Position numbers and translations under genes: made by a program. A stretch of DNA of 57,802 nt from Campylobacterales bacterium (lineage in GTDB: Bacteria; Campylobacterota; Campylobacteria; Campylobacterales; QNZT01): contig JAMONX010000003.1 in assembly GCA_027066435.1 (NCBI GenBank), forward strand, positions 1 through 57,802. The letters are read 5' to 3'. The first letter of the stretch is position 1. Each line of letters starts with the position of its first letter. The notes under the pieces were generated by a model. That model was not told where the DNA came from, did no database searches, and saw nothing but the letters and a program-made list of their open reading frames with translations. Positions 1 to 11,361 of this stretch are shown here, piece by piece.

Positions 1-8
1 TCAACGAT

Positions 9-124
9 TTCTGGTGGCTCTAGAGAGGGGGAAACGCCTTGTTCCATTTCGAACCAAGAAGCTAAGACCCTCATCGCCGATAATACTGCAGCTTACTGTT
101 GTGGGAATGTAGGTCGCTGCCGGA
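9..124 (+). rRNA. rrf: 5S ribosomal RNA (probably the 3' end of an rRNA operon)
   Basis: Complementary ends TCTGGTGGC...GCTGCCGGA; conserved CCATTTCGAAC, GAAGCTAAG and CGCCGATAATACTGC segments; about 116 nt. Confidence 0.93.
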
Positions 125-216
125 TTTTCGTTTTCTTACTTCTTATTTATTACCTTCTTTAATTATAATCATTTAAATATTCTGAAAAATTATAAATATA
201 ATTAAAATACTCTCTA

Positions 217-251
217 TTGTTAATATTGATAAAGACTTTCAATATTAACAA
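217..251. promoter_or_regulatory. Fur-box-like operator inside a perfect 13-bp inverted repeat upstream of feoB
   Basis: TTGTTAATATTGA-9nt-TCAATATTAACAA; the centre TGATAAA-G-ACTTTCA resembles the 7-1-7 Fur box; lies upstream of an Fe(II) uptake operon. Confidence 0.6.
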
Positions 252-303
252 GTATTTAAGTTTACTACTGATAAAATCTCTCTTTAATTGGAGTTAGGTA
301 TGT

Positions 304-2421
304 ATGAATAATATAAATGTTGCACTTGTTGGTCAGCCAAATGTTGGCAAAAGTATGCTTATAAATACTATTAGTAATTCTAAGCTAAAGGTTGGAAATT
401 TTTCTGGTGTTACGGTGGATAAAGCTGAAGTTGATTTTAAATATTGCGACGAGAAAAGTTGCAAAGATTATAATATCCACATCATAGACCTTCCTGGTAC
501 TTACTCTTTGAGTGAATATACAATAGAAGAGAGAGTGACTAAAAATTTTTTACAAAATGGTGAATATGATGTTATTGTAAATGTTATAGATTCTACAAAC
601 TTAGAGAGAAATCTTCTCCTTACTATGCAACTTTTAGAGCTTGGAAAAAAAGTTGTTGTGGCACTAAATATGAGTGATGAAGCTGACCGTGAAGGTATTG
701 AAATTGATGAAAAACAGTTAAGTGCGATTTTGGGTGTGCCTTGTATTAAAACAAGTGCGGTCAAATCTTTGGGTGTGGATGAGTTGAAAAGTGCAATTGT
801 AACAGTTGTGGATAAACACAAAAGTGATTCAAAGGTAGTTTATAGTGATACGATTGAAGAAGAGATAGAAAAAATTGTTTCATTTTTAAGTGAAAAAAAT
901 TATAAATCTGATCTATGTTATGAAAAATTAGCTGTTAAGCTTCTTCAAGAAGATGTAATTATTTACAAAAAAATGCATGATGAACCTATTTGGATTGAGC
1001 TTTTGCCTATCATTCGTGGAGCTTTAACTCATATTTATCTTCATTATGAGACAAAAGACTTAGAAGATATTTTTGCGGAGGAGAGACACTCATTCGCAAG
1101 AGGAGCTACTCTTGAAGTGCAAAAAGTTAAAATCACTATAAAAGAGAATTTGACTCAAAAGATAGACTCTATTTTGATACATAAATTTTTTGGTATTCCT
1201 ATATTTTTATTTTTTATGTGGTCTCTTTTTCAGCTTACATTTGAAGTTGGTTCAATTCCTATGAATCTGATTGATAAATTCTTTGTGGCACTTGGTGATG
1301 GTGCTATAGCTATATTTGGAGATGGAGAGATTGGCTCTTTGATCTCAGATGGTATTATTGCTGGTGTTGGTGCGGTTGTGATGTTTTTGCCAAATATTAT
1401 GATTTTATTTTTAGGAATTGCACTTTTAGAGACTACTGGTTATATGAGTCGAGTTGCATTTTTGCTTGATGGATTTTTTCATAAGTTTGGACTTCATGGA
1501 AAGAGTTTTATACCGCTTGTGACTGGGTTTGGTTGTTCTGTTCCTGCATATATGGCTGCTAGAACTCTTAAAAATGAAAAAGATAGACTTTTGACACTAT
1601 TTATCATAGGTTTTATGAGTTGTGGTGCAAGACTTCCTATCTATGTTCTTTTTGCAGGTGCATTTTTTGCACAAGAGAGTGCTGGAAATATACTATTTTT
1701 GATTTATATCTCAGGTGCACTTTTAGGTCTTGTCGCTGCAAAAGTCTTAAATGTAGTGGTTTTTAAAAGTGAAGATGAACCATTTGTGATGGAGATGCCA
1801 AAATACCGTTTGCCATCTATGAAATTAGTTTGGCACACGGTTTGGAATAATGCTTGGATGTATCTAAAAAAAGCAGGTACTTATATACTTGCAGCTTCTA
1901 TGCTTATCTGGTTTGCTAGTAGTTATCCAAAATATCCTCTAATAGAAGAGAGTTATCAAACAAAAATAAAGCTTGCATCTAATCAAGAGTCTAAAAAAGT
2001 TTTAGAAAATGAGATGAATTTAGAGCTTTTGGAAAATAGTTATCTTGGGATTATTGGTAAGGCTAGTGAACCTCTTTTTGCTCCACTTGGTTTTGATTGG
2101 AAAATGACTGTGGCACTACAAACAGGATTGGCAGCAAAAGAGGTTGTTGTATCAACTTTGGGGGTTTTATATGCACTTGGTGATGAAGTGAGTGAAGAAG
2201 ATAACTTTCTTGTTGAGCAGATAAGAAAGAATATACCATTTGCATCTGGTGTAGCATTTATAGTTTTTGTTATGATATATCTTCCTTGCCTCGCTGCTTC
2301 TATGGTTTTTGTTAAAGAGGCTGGTGGATGGAAATATTTAGGATATCTGTTTGTATTTACGACGGTGACTGCTTGGATACTTAGTTTTATAGCTTATAAT
2401 ATCGTAAAAGGATTTTCTTGA
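304..2421 (+). CDS. feoB: Ferrous iron transport protein B
   Basis: GQPNVGKS, GNFSGVTV, DLPGTYS G-domain motifs; membrane domain with GFGCSVPA and CGARLP. Confidence 0.97.
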   Translation: MNNINVALVGQPNVGKSMLINTISNSKLKVGNFSGVTVDKAEVDFKYCDEKSCKDYNIHIIDLPGTYSLSEYTIEERVTKNFLQNGEYDVIVNVIDSTNLERNLLLTMQLLELGKKVVVALNMSDEADREGIEIDEKQLSAILGVPCIKTSAVKSLGVDELKSAIVTVVDKHKSDSKVVYSDTIEEEIEKIVSFLSEKNYKSDLCYEKLAVKLLQEDVIIYKKMHDEPIWIELLPIIRGALTHIYLHYETKDLEDIFAEERHSFARGATLEVQKVKITIKENLTQKIDSILIHKFFGIPIFLFFMWSLFQLTFEVGSIPMNLIDKFFVALGDGAIAIFGDGEIGSLISDGIIAGVGAVVMFLPNIMILFLGIALLETTGYMSRVAFLLDGFFHKFGLHGKSFIPLVTGFGCSVPAYMAARTLKNEKDRLLTLFIIGFMSCGARLPIYVLFAGAFFAQESAGNILFLIYISGALLGLVAAKVLNVVVFKSEDEPFVMEMPKYRLPSMKLVWHTVWNNAWMYLKKAGTYILAASMLIWFASSYPKYPLIEESYQTKIKLASNQESKKVLENEMNLELLENSYLGIIGKASEPLFAPLGFDWKMTVALQTGLAAKEVVVSTLGVLYALGDEVSEEDNFLVEQIRKNIPFASGVAFIVFVMIYLPCLAASMVFVKEAGGWKYLGYLFVFTTVTAWILSFIAYNIVKGFS

Positions 2422-2642
2422 ATTTAGCTGAACTTGAAAAAGGAACAATTGGCACAATATTAAAGATTAATGCTGGAAAAGATTTAAAACAGAGACTATC
2501 TTCTTTTGGCATCTATAAGGGGACAAAATTTGAGCTTAAAGCTATCTCTTTGGGTGGGAATACTTTAGAATTAAAAGTAGGAAATTCACTCATAGCCTTA
2601 AGAAAAGGGGAAGCACAAAAGATAGAGGTTGAGTATAACTAA
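2418..2642 (+). CDS. feoA: Ferrous iron transport protein A
   Basis: 74 aa, RLSSFGI...IALRKGEAQKIEV FeoA pattern; overlaps the feoB stop. Confidence 0.9.
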   Translation: MNLAELEKGTIGTILKINAGKDLKQRLSSFGIYKGTKFELKAISLGGNTLELKVGNSLIALRKGEAQKIEVEYN

Positions 2643-2657
2643 ATAAGGAAAAAATCC

Positions 2658-3152
2658 TTATTTAGTAGCTTGGATTTTGATAGATTCTATTTTATCATTT
2701 CCTTCTAAGCTATCTAGTACTGCTAAGCTTTGGCTATCATCAGATGCAATTCCTCCAAAAACTGTATGCACACCATCTAAATGAGGACATGGTACAAAGC
2801 AGATAAAAAACTGACTTCCTCCTGTATTTGGCCCAGCATGTGCCATTGAGATTGTTCCTTTTTCATGTTTATGTACATTTTTGTTACATTCACACTCAAT
2901 AGCCCAACCTGGACCTCCAGTTCCAGTTCCACTTGGACAACCGCCTTGAGCCATAAAGCCTGGAATTACTCTATGAAAACTTAGATTATCATAATATCCA
3001 TCGTTTGATAAACTTGCAAAATTTGCTACAGTATTTGGAGCTTCATCTTTATATAGTTCTAGTGTAATAACACCTTTATTTGTTGTTACAACAGCATAGT
3101 TAAAGTCTTTTAGTGCTTCGTCTGAGCAGTCGTATTGTTTCAAATCTTTCAT
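2658..3152 (-). CDS. ppi: Cyclophilin-type peptidyl-prolyl isomerase
   Basis: APNTVANF, FHRVIPGFMAQGG, SMAHAG, GSQFFI, LDGVHTVFG. Confidence 0.95.
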   Translation of the reverse strand: MKDLKQYDCSDEALKDFNYAVVTTNKGVITLELYKDEAPNTVANFASLSNDGYYDNLSFHRVIPGFMAQGGCPSGTGTGGPGWAIECECNKNVHKHEKGTISMAHAGPNTGGSQFFICFVPCPHLDGVHTVFGGIASDDSQSLAVLDSLEGNDKIESIKIQATK

Positions 3153-3240
3153 TAAAATTTCCTTTTTATATTTGTAAAAAGGGATTATAGCACAAGAATT
3201 ATAAGCACTGCTATTGTAGAATCAAGTGGAAGGATGTCTA

Positions 3241-4491
3241 ATGTTGCTTATTAAAAATTGTATTGTAGTTTCAGAAGTTGGTGAGAGAAATGTTGATGTT
3301 AAAATCAAAGATGGAATGATTGAAAAAGTTGATAATGTTATTTCAGATGCAAATGGTTATAAGCTTTTAGATGCAAAAGGACTTTATCTGTTGCCTTCAA
3401 TTATTGATTTAAATATTCGCATCTTAGATGATACTTTTAACATGCCAAATTTGAAAAAACTTTATGAGAGTATGAAAAAGGGTGGAGTTGGTTCTTTTGT
3501 ACTATCTCCTCGTTTCTTTCCACTAGTTGAAAATCAAACCTTTATGCAACTTCTTGGTTTTGAATTAAATAAAAATTATCAACAGTTAGTACCTGCTATA
3601 AAAGCACTTAAAAATATAGAGTTAACAAAATTAAATGATATAGCAACACTTAGCAAATATGGTATAAATATAATTCAAGAAAACTCCAACATAAATGGAA
3701 ATTTAATTAGACGAATTATGCAGTATGCAAAAATGAATGATAGTATATTTTTTACATTTTGTCAAAATCAAGATCTTAATGATAGTGGGGTTATGAATGA
3801 GGGGGAGGTTTCATTTAAACTTGGTATTCCTGGAATTTCAAAAATTGGAGAGATAAGTGAAGTTGCTAAGATGGTGCAATTTAGTCAATATTATAGGGTA
3901 AAAACACATTTTCAGGCACTTTCAACTAAAGAGGCTTTAGATATTGTACATATTGCTAAAGAGAAATTTAAATCTATTTCTAGTGAGGTTTCAATTCATC
4001 ATCTTATCTTGGATGATACCTATTGTGATGATTATAATACCTATGCAAAGATAAATCCACCTCTTAGAGAAAACTCTCAAAAAGAGGCACTATTAACTGC
4101 TCTAAAAGAGGGTAAGATTGACACTATAACATCTTTACACTCTCCTAAATCTGTGCTTTTTAAAGATGTAGCGTTTGCAGAGGCAATGTTTGGTATAGAT
4201 GTAATAGAAGATTTTATGGCACTTTGTTATACATATTTGGTTAAAGATGGAGTCATTTCACTTTATGAACTTACAAAACTCATAAGCCTAAATCCAGCAA
4301 AAATTTTAGGATTTGAAAAAGTTGGTGTTGTAGAGGAAGGGTATGAAGCAAACTTTATGATTTTTAATCCAAATAGTTTAAAAACTATAGAAAACTTACA
4401 AACTCCATATAGTGGGAAAATTATACATGGAAGTGTGGAAACGATAATTAATAAAGGTGAAATTGAAATAAGTTATCAAAATGTGATATAA
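3241..4491 (+). CDS. Dihydroorotase-like amidohydrolase, probably the inactive PyrC'-type
   Basis: KINPPLR, SEVSIHHL, NPAKILG DHOase motifs; the HxH metal site is replaced by IDLNIR; ATG at 3241 follows an AAGGA RBS. Confidence 0.8.
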   Translation: MLLIKNCIVVSEVGERNVDVKIKDGMIEKVDNVISDANGYKLLDAKGLYLLPSIIDLNIRILDDTFNMPNLKKLYESMKKGGVGSFVLSPRFFPLVENQTFMQLLGFELNKNYQQLVPAIKALKNIELTKLNDIATLSKYGINIIQENSNINGNLIRRIMQYAKMNDSIFFTFCQNQDLNDSGVMNEGEVSFKLGIPGISKIGEISEVAKMVQFSQYYRVKTHFQALSTKEALDIVHIAKEKFKSISSEVSIHHLILDDTYCDDYNTYAKINPPLRENSQKEALLTALKEGKIDTITSLHSPKSVLFKDVAFAEAMFGIDVIEDFMALCYTYLVKDGVISLYELTKLISLNPAKILGFEKVGVVEEGYEANFMIFNPNSLKTIENLQTPYSGKIIHGSVETIINKGEIEISYQNVI

Positions 4492-4529
4492 TTATGTTTT
4501 TAAAAAATTAAAATAGAGGGGATTAAAAT

Positions 4530-6473
4530 ATGCACGGGGAAGTATTTCAACCAAATAAAGATTTTGCAAAAAATGCAAGAGTTAAAAGTATGGACGAATA
4601 TAGAGCATTAGTAGCTGAAGCAGATGCAGATTATGAGGGATTTTGGGCAAAAAGAGCTGATGAGAAGATAGCTTGGATAGCACCTTATACAAAAGTATTA
4701 GATGAGAGTAGTGCACCTTTTTACAAGTGGTTTGTTGATGGAAAATTAAATGTTTCAAATCAATGTATAGATAGACATTTGGCAGATAAGGGTGATAAAA
4801 CTGCTATTTTATTTGAGGGTGATAGGGGTGATGTTGAGAAAATTACCTATAATGAACTAAGCCAAAGGGTTAATAAGTTTGCTAATTTATTAAAAAATAG
4901 GTTTGGTGTTACAAAAGGTGATAGAGTAGTTTTATACCTACCTATGATTCCAGAAGCTGCTTATGCAATGTTAGCATGTGCTAGGATTGGGGCAATTCAC
5001 TCTATTGTATTTGGTGGATTTAGTTCAGAAGCTCTGAGGGATAGGATTGAAGATGCTAGTGCAAAGTTAGTTATAACAGCAGATGGGGCATACAGAAAAG
5101 GAAAACCTTATCTGTTAAAACCTGCGGTTGATAAAGCACTTGAAAATGATATAGCTTGTGTTGAAGCTGTTTTAGTGATTCAAAGAAATAAAGAAGATGT
5201 CACTTGGAAAGAAGGAAGAGATTACAGCTACAACGAACTTATAAAAGATGAATCTGATGTTTGTGATTTTGAAGTGATGGATAGTGAAGATCCTCTATTT
5301 TTACTTTATACTTCTGGAAGCACAGGAAAACCAAAAGGTGTACAACACTCAACTGCTGGTTATATTCTTTGGGCTCAAATGACTATGGAGTGGGTTTTTG
5401 ATGTACAAGGAGATGATGTTTTTTGGTGTACAGCTGATATTGGATGGATTACAGGACATACATACATAGTTTATGGGCCATTGGCTGCTGGAACTACAAC
5501 TTTGATGTTTGAGGGTGTTCCTACTTATCCAGATGCAGGACGAGCTTGGAAAATGGTGCAAGACCATAAAGTAACTCAGTTTTATACAGCTCCTACTGCC
5601 ATAAGGGTGCTTCATAAAATGGGTGAAAATGAACCTGAAAAGTACGACCTTAGCTCTTTAAAAGTACTAGGAACTGTTGGTGAACCTATAGACCCTCCTG
5701 CTTGGATGTGGTATCACCAAGTAGTAGGAAATGGAAAATGTCCGATTGTTGATACTTGGTGGCAAACAGAAACTGGAGGACATATGATATCTCCACTTCC
5801 TGGAGCTACTCCTATAAAACCTGCTTGTGCGACATTTGCACTTCCTGGAATCATTGCTGAAGTTATTGAGTCTGATGGAACTCCTAAAAAGATAGGAGAA
5901 ACTGGTCTTTTGTGTATTACAAAACCTTGGCCTAGTATGATTAGGAATATTTGGGGCGACTCAGAGAGATTTAAAAAAGCCTATTTTGGGGATGCAAAAA
6001 AAGATGGTAAACCAGTCTATTTTTCAGGTGATGGTGCTGTGATTGATAAAGATGGATATATCACTATAACTGGTCGTGTAGATGATGTTATCAATGTATC
6101 TGGGCATAGAATGGGAACGGCTGAAATTGAAGCTGCGGTTAAAGAAGATGAGCATGTGGCAGAAGTTGCAGTTGTAGGTCGACCTCACGATATCAAAGGA
6201 GAATCAATTTTTATCTATATCGTTATGAAAGAGGGCAAAGTCAATGATGATATTAAGTCTCATATAAATCAGGTTTTATCAAGTGAGATAGGAAATATTG
6301 CAAAAGCTGATGATATCGTAGCAGTACCAGGACTTCCAAAAACAAGATCGGGAAAGATTATGCGTCGGATTTTAAGATCTATTGCAAAGGGTGAAGAGAT
6401 AACACAAGATATCTCAACACTTGAAGACCCTGATGTTGTTTCTAAAATCAAAGAAGCTGTTAAAAATAGTTAA
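4530..6473 (+). CDS. acs: Acetyl-CoA synthetase
   Basis: [34 protein letters not shown]. Confidence 0.97.
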   Translation: MHGEVFQPNKDFAKNARVKSMDEYRALVAEADADYEGFWAKRADEKIAWIAPYTKVLDESSAPFYKWFVDGKLNVSNQCIDRHLADKGDKTAILFEGDRGDVEKITYNELSQRVNKFANLLKNRFGVTKGDRVVLYLPMIPEAAYAMLACARIGAIHSIVFGGFSSEALRDRIEDASAKLVITADGAYRKGKPYLLKPAVDKALENDIACVEAVLVIQRNKEDVTWKEGRDYSYNELIKDESDVCDFEVMDSEDPLFLLYTSGSTGKPKGVQHSTAGYILWAQMTMEWVFDVQGDDVFWCTADIGWITGHTYIVYGPLAAGTTTLMFEGVPTYPDAGRAWKMVQDHKVTQFYTAPTAIRVLHKMGENEPEKYDLSSLKVLGTVGEPIDPPAWMWYHQVVGNGKCPIVDTWWQTETGGHMISPLPGATPIKPACATFALPGIIAEVIESDGTPKKIGETGLLCITKPWPSMIRNIWGDSERFKKAYFGDAKKDGKPVYFSGDGAVIDKDGYITITGRVDDVINVSGHRMGTAEIEAAVKEDEHVAEVAVVGRPHDIKGESIFIYIVMKEGKVNDDIKSHINQVLSSEIGNIAKADDIVAVPGLPKTRSGKIMRRILRSIAKGEEITQDISTLEDPDVVSKIKEAVKNS

Positions 6474-6665
6474 TATGATACTTTTTGTAATTTTGGTGAA
6501 AAATTTTATTTTTTACCAAAATTTATAATCTTTAATCTTTCTTACATCTTATAAAAGAGATTATCAAATTCCCCAATTATTTCACTTTTTTTTATAAATG
6601 AAATTTCTCTATCTTTTTCTATATTGTACGATATTCTTAAAATGTAAAGAATAAAAGGAATAGTA

Positions 6666-7097
6666 TTGGATATCAAAAAATTAAAAAGCATCACAAAAAA
6701 ATTAAATGTAATATATATAGAAGATAGTAGATGCGTAAGTAAAATTAGCATGGAGCTTTTTGAAGATATCTTTAACAGAGTTGATTTAGCTGAAGATGGT
6801 ATGAGTGCATTAAAAAAATATAAAAGTTCAAAATATGATCTTGTAATCTGTGATATAAATTTACCTAAAATAAATGGTTTAGAAGTAATTAAAAAGATTT
6901 TAAAGATTGATGAAAATCAAGCTATAGTCATAATTTCTGCTTATAGCGAACTTGAATATTTTTCAATAATGCAAGAGATGAATATCAAATATTTCCTAAA
7001 AAAACCAGTTAACTCAAAAAGTCTATTTAAGACAATTTATAAAAGTATTGAACATTTGGAGGATAGAGTAGATGACAGGTTAGTCTTAGCTAACTAA
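6666..7097 (+). CDS. Single-domain response regulator (receiver only)
   Basis: YIEDS, VICDINLP (phospho-Asp), ISAY, LKKP; no output domain. Confidence 0.85.
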   Translation: MDIKKLKSITKKLNVIYIEDSRCVSKISMELFEDIFNRVDLAEDGMSALKKYKSSKYDLVICDINLPKINGLEVIKKILKIDENQAIVIISAYSELEYFSIMQEMNIKYFLKKPVNSKSLFKTIYKSIEHLEDRVDDRLVLAN

Positions 7098-7118
7098 CCT
7101 GTTTAAAGTAGAAGTTAT

Positions 7119-8501
7119 TTAGATTGAAACACCTAAAGCTTTTATAACAGCGTGTGTAATACCACCAGTTGCTAAGCCTTTTTTAATTTGATACTCTTTT
7201 ACAGCTGCACGAGTTTGGCTACCTACGATACCATCAATTGGTCCGTGATAATGCCCCTCATTTTTAAGTGCTGTTTGAAGAGCTCTGATTGTACTTGACG
7301 TGATACTTGATTGACAAACAACTCTTTTCCATTCAACTTTACTAGGAGTTATCATCTCTCTTTTTGTAATTGTTCTATAACTCTCAGGAATTGCTGTTCT
7401 TTTAACTTCTGCAGGTTTTACTATAGTTGTTACTTTTATAGTTTTGTATTCTGCTGGAATTTGAATCTCTTTTGTTGATGGAGGAGTATCAACTACAGTT
7501 TTTGTAATTGTTTTATATCTCTCTGGTGTAGAAGTTTTACAGATTTGATGACCTGTATATTTACCTGCACCTTTTTCACCAGATAGTCTCCAGTTAAATG
7601 TTGAATCAGCAACCTTTGCAGTTCTTGTATAAGTAGAAGTTTGCTCAGGAATTGCAACTCTCTCAACTCTTGCAGGCGTAGCTAGTTTTTTAACTTTTAC
7701 TGTTTTATACACTGCTGGAATTTCTACAACTTTTGTAGTAGGTGGGGTTTTTACAACTCTTTTTGTAATAGTACTATATCTTGCAGGTGTAGTAACTAAA
7801 CACATAACACCACAATCATCGTTAGTGCCGTTACATTGTGATTTTTTCCACATTGTTTTTTCAGGCTCAACAAGTACTTTCTCAGTTACTGTACCATAAG
7901 TCGCAGGGACTTTTACCAATCTTGTTGAAGCTTCTTTTACTAAGACTCTCTCTTCTGCATATTCATAAGTTGCAGGAACAATTTTAAGTCTTTCACTTGC
8001 TTCTTTTGAAACAAATGTTACTGTTTCAGTATTATATTTTTCTGGTGTAAAGTATTCTCTATAGCAACTACCATCTGCCATAGCATCTATATTGGCTCCA
8101 CCAGCTTTTGCTGCTGCTAAAATTTCAGCACTTACAGGAATAGAACCTTTTAAGCTTGTTTTCCAGTTTGTTCGTGCATCTCTAATAAGTACTTTCTCAG
8201 TAACTTTTTTAAAAGTTCCTGGAACTATTGTAAGTCTTGAAGAAGCCTCTTTTACAAGTATTTTTTGGTCAGTTGTTCCGTACTGTGCGGGAATTACGGT
8301 AAGTGTCTCTGAAGCTTCTTGTGATAAAACTTTTTCAGTTTTTGTCTCATATTTTGCTGGTGAATGTACCTTTGCATAACATTCCCCTGGTTGTGCATGT
8401 GGTAAAACCACGCTCTCTACTGCATCTGCAGTTAAACTTGATGTTGCTGCAATTAGTGAAGCTGCAACGACTGTTGAAATTTTGTAAACTTTCATAATCA
8501 T
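7119..8501 (-). CDS. Exported repeat protein with C-terminal peptidoglycan-binding domain
   Basis: Signal peptide; repeated (V/I)PAxYxT..VLVKEAS units; C-terminal LQTALKNEGHYHGPIDGIVGSQTRAAVKEYQ (PG_binding_1 pattern). Confidence 0.8.
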   Translation of the reverse strand: MIMKVYKISTVVAASLIAATSSLTADAVESVVLPHAQPGECYAKVHSPAKYETKTEKVLSQEASETLTVIPAQYGTTDQKILVKEASSRLTIVPGTFKKVTEKVLIRDARTNWKTSLKGSIPVSAEILAAAKAGGANIDAMADGSCYREYFTPEKYNTETVTFVSKEASERLKIVPATYEYAEERVLVKEASTRLVKVPATYGTVTEKVLVEPEKTMWKKSQCNGTNDDCGVMCLVTTPARYSTITKRVVKTPPTTKVVEIPAVYKTVKVKKLATPARVERVAIPEQTSTYTRTAKVADSTFNWRLSGEKGAGKYTGHQICKTSTPERYKTITKTVVDTPPSTKEIQIPAEYKTIKVTTIVKPAEVKRTAIPESYRTITKREMITPSKVEWKRVVCQSSITSSTIRALQTALKNEGHYHGPIDGIVGSQTRAAVKEYQIKKGLATGGITHAVIKALGVSI

Positions 8502-8705
8502 TTCTCCTTAGTAAGAATTTTAATTTTTCAATAACTTGCAAATTATACAAATATATATTTCTAATATCAATTAAATTTTATAATACTTGAAATATTTAAA
8601 GTATTATTAATTTATTGATAATTTGTGAAATATACTTTAATTATAGCTTATCTAAAATTTATTGAAAATTAAGCCCTCGTATAATATAGTAAGAGAAAAA
8701 GGTGA

Positions 8706-9191
8706 GTGGTGATTTTAAAGAAAAAATTGATAATTATGTTGTTTATTATTTTTTCATCATTCTCTAAAATATTTGCCATAGAATTAGAAAAAGCAGATAT
8801 ATTATCTGAGAGTTATTTTATTCAAATTGGGGTATTTAAAAAAAATTATAGTGTTAACAAAGCAAGAAAAGACTTATCTAATGAAGATATTTACATTGAG
8901 CAATACAACGGTTTGCATCGTATTTATGTTGTAAATATTTTAAATAAAAATGATCTTAAAAAGAAATTACAAATAGTTAAAAAATATTATCCAGATGCAT
9001 TTGTAGCAAAACGACCAAAATTAACTTTTACTAAAATGAGCACAGAACCAATCATGGAAGAGTCTGTTGAAGATTTAAGGCAATTAGTTGAATTACCAAT
9101 AGAAAAAATCAAGAAGATTAATAATAATCCATTAAATGAACCTAAATTGGATTCAATATCTATTTTAAAAACAAGAAAATCATTCTTGTAA
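8706..9191 (+). CDS. SPOR-domain exported protein
   Basis: Signal peptide; YFIQIGVFK...HRIYV...YPDAFV SPOR pattern. Confidence 0.7.
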   Translation: MVILKKKLIIMLFIIFSSFSKIFAIELEKADILSESYFIQIGVFKKNYSVNKARKDLSNEDIYIEQYNGLHRIYVVNILNKNDLKKKLQIVKKYYPDAFVAKRPKLTFTKMSTEPIMEESVEDLRQLVELPIEKIKKINNNPLNEPKLDSISILKTRKSFL

Positions 9192-9249
9192 CTCTTATAA
9201 AACTTCAAAGTTACATCTATTATTAGAGCAATACCAAAGTTAAGTTTAA

Positions 9250-10308
<1,059 letters not shown>

Positions 10309-10324
10309 AAAAAGGTTTTAATAG

Positions 10325-11125
10325 ATGGGTGAAGTCATAACAGTAACTTCTGGGAAAGGTGGAGTTGGAAAATCAACACTTTCAGCAAACTTAGCAGTAG
10401 GTCTTTCTGAACTTGGAAAAAAAGTAGTAGCTATTGATTTTGATATAGGGCTTAGAAATCTTGATATGATTTTAGGCTTGGAAAATAGAATAGTTTATGA
10501 TGTTGTTGATGTTATGGAAGGAAGATGTAACCTTTCTCAAGCACTTATTAATGATAAAAGGTCTAAAAATCTCTATTTTTTGCCAGCTTCACAGACAAAT
10601 GATAAAGATATCCTTGATAGAGAGAAAGTTAGAGAACTACTTGAAAAACTAAAAAAAGATTTTGATATTATTATTCTTGATTCCCCAGCTGGAATTGAGA
10701 GTGGTTTTGAACACTCTATATTTTTAGCTGATCGAGCTTTGGTTGTTTCTACCCCTGATGTTAGTGCTGTTAGAGATGCAGATAGAGTTATAGGCATTAT
10801 AGATGCAAAAAGCCAAAAAGCCAAAGATGGTGAAGAGGTTAAAAAGTATGTTATTATCAATAGATTAAAGCCTGAAATGGTTGAAACAGGTAGTATGTTA
10901 AGTGTTGATGATGTTTTAAATATACTTGCACTTCCCCTAATAGGTGTTGTTCCAGATGATGAAAAGATTATAACTTCTACTAATGAGGGAGAGCCAATTT
11001 ATTATGATAAAGATTCACAAGCTGCTGAAGCATATCGACGAATTGCTAGACGAATACTTGGAGAAGAGGTAGAGTTTTTAGATCTTAGTGTTAAAAAAGG
11101 TTTCTTTAAAAGGTTATTTGGATGA
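10325..11125 (+). CDS. minD: Septum site-determining ATPase MinD
   Basis: [26 protein letters not shown]-terminal amphipathic GFFKRLFG. Confidence 0.97.
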   Translation: MGEVITVTSGKGGVGKSTLSANLAVGLSELGKKVVAIDFDIGLRNLDMILGLENRIVYDVVDVMEGRCNLSQALINDKRSKNLYFLPASQTNDKDILDREKVRELLEKLKKDFDIIILDSPAGIESGFEHSIFLADRALVVSTPDVSAVRDADRVIGIIDAKSQKAKDGEEVKKYVIINRLKPEMVETGSMLSVDDVLNILALPLIGVVPDDEKIITSTNEGEPIYYDKDSQAAEAYRRIARRILGEEVEFLDLSVKKGFFKRLFG

Positions 11126-11361
11126 CCCTATTTGAGAAATTTTTTGGGAAAAAAAAGGCTTCAGCAAATGTCGCTAAAGATAGATTAACTGTTATGTTGG
11201 CACATGAAAGAGCTGAATGTGCTGTACCATACATTGATGATCTTAAAAGGGATATTTTAGAAGTTTTAAGAAAATACACAAAAGCTGGTGATGTAAATAT
11301 AAAAACAGAAAAAAACCAAAATATTGATATGTTGGAAATAGAGATACAGTTAGGCAATTGA
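11122..11361 (+). CDS. minE: Cell division topological specificity factor MinE
   Basis: SANVAKDRL...ER motif; follows minD. Confidence 0.93.
   Translation: MTLFEKFFGKKKASANVAKDRLTVMLAHERAECAVPYIDDLKRDILEVLRKYTKAGDVNIKTEKNQNIDMLEIEIQLGN

Noticed and set aside
7300-8350. Periodic nucleotide repeats that might suggest an array
   Set aside because: They are degenerate in-frame protein repeats; there are no identical repeats with unique spacers, and no CRISPR array or cas gene is seen in the window
10325-11361. minD-minE without an adjacent minC
   Set aside because: The ilvC-minD-minE-dprA arrangement with minC elsewhere is known from Helicobacter, so it is not unusual
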